From NCBI GenBank assembly GCA_041500405.1, contig JBGQMB010000008.1, positions 1-27,548 of the forward strand: a stretch of 27,548 nucleotides of DNA, in the 5' to 3' direction. Positions within the stretch are counted from its first letter, which is position 1, and each line of letters opens with the position of its first letter. The stretch comes from Candidatus Micrarchaeia archaeon. GTDB lineage: Archaea > Micrarchaeota > Micrarchaeia > Anstonellales > J096. Both the position numbers and the translations under genes were made by a program. Shown in pieces: positions 24,572-27,548 of this stretch. The notes under the pieces are model-generated. The model saw nothing but the letters and a program-made list of their open reading frames with translations, was not told where the DNA came from and did no database searches.

Positions 24572-25255
24572 ATGGCGCAGGAAAAAAGTCAAACAACCAA
24601 AAGCCAAGCTCTATTTTCAAGCCCAAGGCTAACAAATGACATATTGCCGAGCGAGAGGCAAAAACTCACGATACAAGAGCAGAAACGGCTACATGACGCA
24701 TTCCTCATTGCTGCAGAGAAAGGCAACAACACAGAAATAGAGCAGCTCCTGGATGCAGGCGCGGATATCGGCGCAATGGACAGCTATTCTCACATGACAG
24801 CCCTGCATTTGGCTGCAGACAAAGGCCATACTGAAACCTGTGCCCTGCTGATACGGAAATACGCAGAATTGGGCAATGGATTGAAGCAGCCAGTAAACGA
24901 CCCGGAACTGGAGCTCCGCTATGGAACCATCTACGGAACCATTTATGGATCAAAATGGGGAGGAGTGAAGGAGTTCATTTCCGCAAAAGCCAGACGGAAC
25001 GAGACAGCCATGCACAGGGCCGCAGAGCGTGGACACACCTTGACCTGCCTGCTGCTCATGCAAGAATACGCAAAAGCCGGCGGAGACATGAATGAGCTTG
25101 TTGCTATGGGAAATTGCAATGGCTTTACAGCCGTGGACAAAGCCGCAGGGGTTACCAAGCAGGTCATAAAGCATGCGCCGCTATTGCACAATTTGCTGGA
25201 TAATGAAACGCTCATCTCATTCGTAACATCCTTCGCGGAATGCACGAGCCAATAG
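24572..25255 (+). CDS. Ankyrin-repeat protein (Ank5), with inserts, C-terminal FVTSFAEC motif
   Basis: MTALHLAADKGH, ETAMHRAAERGH, GFTAVDKA; ATG abuts the Ank4 TGA. Confidence 0.9.
   Translation: MAQEKSQTTKSQALFSSPRLTNDILPSERQKLTIQEQKRLHDAFLIAAEKGNNTEIEQLLDAGADIGAMDSYSHMTALHLAADKGHTETCALLIRKYAELGNGLKQPVNDPELELRYGTIYGTIYGSKWGGVKEFISAKARRNETAMHRAAERGHTLTCLLLMQEYAKAGGDMNELVAMGNCNGFTAVDKAAGVTKQVIKHAPLLHNLLDNETLISFVTSFAECTSQ
24920..24952 (+). repeat. 12-bp coding tandem repeat encoding YGTIYGTIYGS
   Basis: TATGGAACCATC TACGGAACCATT TATGGATCA. Confidence 0.8.
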
Positions 25256-25288
25256 CGTTTTTTAAATTATTGCAACCAGGTTGAATAT

Positions 25289-25702
25289 ATGGGCAAAAAT
25301 GGACTAGATGAGCTTCTTATGTCCGCAATCGAAACCAATGACGCAAAAAAAGCCAAGGAACTGCTGAAAAAAGGCGCGAACCCCAACGCGGCAGACGCCG
25401 ACGGCTGGACCGCGCTGATGTACGCGGCATGGAAGGGCAACGAAGAGGCGTGCAAAATCCTTCTTGAAAACGGCGCAAAAGCCAATGAGAAAAACAAAAT
25501 TGGAAGGACCGCGCTCATGTACGCGGCACTGATGGGAAATACCGGCATATGCAAGCTTCTTGTGAAGCACGGCGCAGACACAACAATCAGGAGCGTGTGC
25601 GACATGGACGCGCGCATGCACGCCGAGCACGAAAAGCAGGAGGAAACCGCGAAGTTCCTCAAATCCCTGGAAAGGCGCAAGGGCAACGTTATTAAACCTT
25701 GA
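25289..25702 (+). CDS. Minimal ankyrin-repeat protein (Ank6), no leader and no F-x3-F-x2-C tail
   Basis: DADGWTALMYAAWKGN, NKIGRTALMYAALMGN; preceded by TAGCGTTTTTTAAA (25253-25266). Confidence 0.9.
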   Translation: MGKNGLDELLMSAIETNDAKKAKELLKKGANPNAADADGWTALMYAAWKGNEEACKILLENGAKANEKNKIGRTALMYAALMGNTGICKLLVKHGADTTIRSVCDMDARMHAEHEKQEETAKFLKSLERRKGNVIKP

Positions 25703-25720
25703 CCGGACTAAGACAAACCA

Positions 25721-26578
25721 ATGAAGCTCAAGGAAATCGTTTTCATAGGTGTAGGCGGCGGAAGGTCCGCCGTGATTCGGCAGCGCAAGGACTTCGGCAC
25801 AGGCGGGTTCAGGATAAACGGCGACCTTAACATCCACGTCGACCCGGGCCCCGGCGCCGCGGTCTATTCCGCGCATTTCGGCCAGAACATAGAGAACATA
25901 GACATCCTCATCATAAGCCACAACCATCTTGACCACATGGGCGACGCGGAGGTTTTCGCAGAGGCCATGAACGGTTTCGGGTTCAGCGAAAAGGCGATGC
26001 TAATCGCTTCAGAAGACTGCATAAACGGTCCCAGGGGAGACGAGTGCGACAAGGCTTTGGACTCATACCACATGGGCATGTTCAAGGACATAATAATAGG
26101 CAAGCCCGGGGAAAAGAGGGAGATAAGCAAGAACGGGAAAAAGTTCGAGATAGAGTTCACGCCAACGAAGCACGAGGACAAGAGCGGCTTCGGGTTTGTC
26201 ATAAGGGCGGAGAACGTTTCAATAGGCTACACATCAGACACGGAATACTTCAAGGGCCTGGAAAAGCACTTCGCTGACGTTGACGTGCTGATAATCAACA
26301 GCATAAAGATGAACCACGGCGGAAGCTTCTACAAGGGGCACTTGGCGGTCTTTCCGGACGCGGAGAACATCATAAAGGGCGTAAGGCCGGACCTCTCGGT
26401 CCTTTACCATCTTGGATATGAGATGGTGAAGGAAGACAGGACGGACGAGCTGAGGTATGAGATGAACTCAAGGACAGGGGAGCAGGTCATGGTGCCGCGC
26501 CAGGGATACAGGATAAACCTCAACAACCCGCTGGTGTTCCCGAAAAGGTTCGGGATGCTGAAGAAGGAGCGAAAGTGA
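25721..26578 (+). CDS. MBL-fold metallo-hydrolase (RNase Z/PhnP-like archaeal group)
   Basis: FIGVGGGR, VDPGPG, SHNHLDHMGD (HxHxDH), TKHED, YTSDT, LYHLG. Confidence 0.9.
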   Translation: MKLKEIVFIGVGGGRSAVIRQRKDFGTGGFRINGDLNIHVDPGPGAAVYSAHFGQNIENIDILIISHNHLDHMGDAEVFAEAMNGFGFSEKAMLIASEDCINGPRGDECDKALDSYHMGMFKDIIIGKPGEKREISKNGKKFEIEFTPTKHEDKSGFGFVIRAENVSIGYTSDTEYFKGLEKHFADVDVLIINSIKMNHGGSFYKGHLAVFPDAENIIKGVRPDLSVLYHLGYEMVKEDRTDELRYEMNSRTGEQVMVPRQGYRINLNNPLVFPKRFGMLKKERK

Positions 26579-26616
26579 ATATCTGTTTATAATCCTTATC
26601 CTACAAACCAAAACCC

Positions 26617-27548
26617 ATGAAGCCGGAGCATTATCACTGGTCAGAGCGGCTGGCAGACAAGGTCATCGCAGAGAAGAAGGAGCCGTACGTCATAACAGCA
26701 GGCATGACAACCTCCGGCCCGATGCACTTCGGAACCCTGTGCGAGATGCTGTTTCCGATGGCAATAAAGGAGGCGCTGGAAGCAAGGGGAAAGAATGCAA
26801 AATACTATTTCATAGCCGATATACTGGACGCATTCGACTCTGTCCCGCTTGCGATGGACAAATACAGGGCGCAGCTTGAGCCGCACCTGGGCAAGCCGCT
26901 GTGCTACGTCCCTGACCCGATGGGCAAGAGCAGGAGCTTCGGCGACCATTTCCTTGACGAAGGAAGGGCGCTCATGAAACTGTTCGGCATAGACGCAGAG
27001 GTCATCAGGGTAAACGAATACTATGAGCAGGGAAAATTCGACGAATGGGCAAGGTTCTTCCTGGAGCACGACGCAGAGGCAAAAAAAATCGTCGAGGAGA
27101 CCAGCGGCCAGGCGGAAAAGAAGGACTGGTCGCCCATAATGCCCATATGCGAAAAGTGCGGCAGGATTGCGACAACGCGCGTCACAAAGCACGACAATGA
27201 GAGCTACGAGTATGTTTGCGACAAGGACGTGAAATACACAAAAGGCTGCGGCCATCAAGGAAAGAACAAAATCAGCGACCACAAGTACAAGATAGTCTGG
27301 AGGCTGCACTGGCCTGCCTGGAAGCAGATATTCCACAGCAGCATAGAGGGCGCAGGCATAGACCACCACACAAAGGGAGGGAGCGAGGACACGTGCAAGG
27401 CAATAACCCTGAACCTCATGAAAAAGGACTACCACATCCCCTACCGCTACGGCTTCATACTTTTCCAGGGCAGGAAATACTCCAAGTCAAAGGGCACAGG
27501 CATGGGCATCACCGAGATATCGAAACTCCTGCCGCCTGAGGTCATAAA
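26617..27548 (+). CDS. lysK: Class I lysyl-tRNA synthetase (3' end runs off window)
   Basis: Not in the ORF track; translated by hand. MKPEHYHWSERLADKV, AGMTTSGPMHFGTLCE (HIGH-like), LGKPLCYVPDP, PICEKCGRI, WRLHWPAW, EGAGIDHHTKGGS, KYSKSKG (KMSKS-like). TTTATAA lies 25 nt upstream. Confidence 0.95.
   Translation, partial: MKPEHYHWSERLADKVIAEKKEPYVITAGMTTSGPMHFGTLCEMLFPMAIKEALEARGKNAKYYFIADILDAFDSVPLAMDKYRAQLEPHLGKPLCYVPDPMGKSRSFGDHFLDEGRALMKLFGIDAEVIRVNEYYEQGKFDEWARFFLEHDAEAKKIVEETSGQAEKKDWSPIMPICEKCGRIATTRVTKHDNESYEYVCDKDVKYTKGCGHQGKNKISDHKYKIVWRLHWPAWKQIFHSSIEGAGIDHHTKGGSEDTCKAITLNLMKKDYHIPYRYGFILFQGRKYSKSKGTGMGITEISKLLPPEVI

Noticed and set aside
21761..25702. Diversity-generating retroelement acting on the ankyrin genes
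   Set aside because: No reverse transcriptase or template repeat in the window; differences are not visibly adenine-specific
26641..27539. ORFs 26641-27435 (-) and 27216-27539 (+)
   Set aside because: Antisense and off-frame shadows of lysK

Overview
Archaeal chromosomal window. Evidence: TATA-type promoters about 25 nt before mostly leaderless starts, a tRNA-Pro with no encoded CCA, class I LysRS, a LonB-type ATPase and an archaeal thiolase. A DPANN/Micrarchaeota-like origin is my inference, not established. Housekeeping genes are tRNA-Pro(CGG), lysK, sod, thiolase, a cation:H+ antiporter, a GT4 glycosyltransferase and an MBL hydrolase. Three accessory loci stand out. (1) 1050-7996: a tightly coupled four-gene operon with a tandem two-module MoxR/dynein-midasin-type AAA+ ATPase and a 1.1-kaa HEXXH-peptidase/charged-linker/vWA(MIDAS) protein. 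(2) 12186-18242 (minus strand): a five-gene membrane operon around a VirB4/HerA-like ATPase that looks split, with no relaxase or mobile-element genes. (3) Six ankyrin-repeat genes. Five share a C-terminal F-x3-F-x2-C motif, and in one of these the motif lies in frame just beyond a TGA. They vary mainly at binding-surface positions, two share an exact promoter/start cassette, and a Fic gene is embedded in the cluster. Two real genes missing from the ORF track run off the window ends: a Cys-rich FecR-domain surface protein (left) and LysRS (right). All family calls come from reading motifs by eye; no database searches were run.
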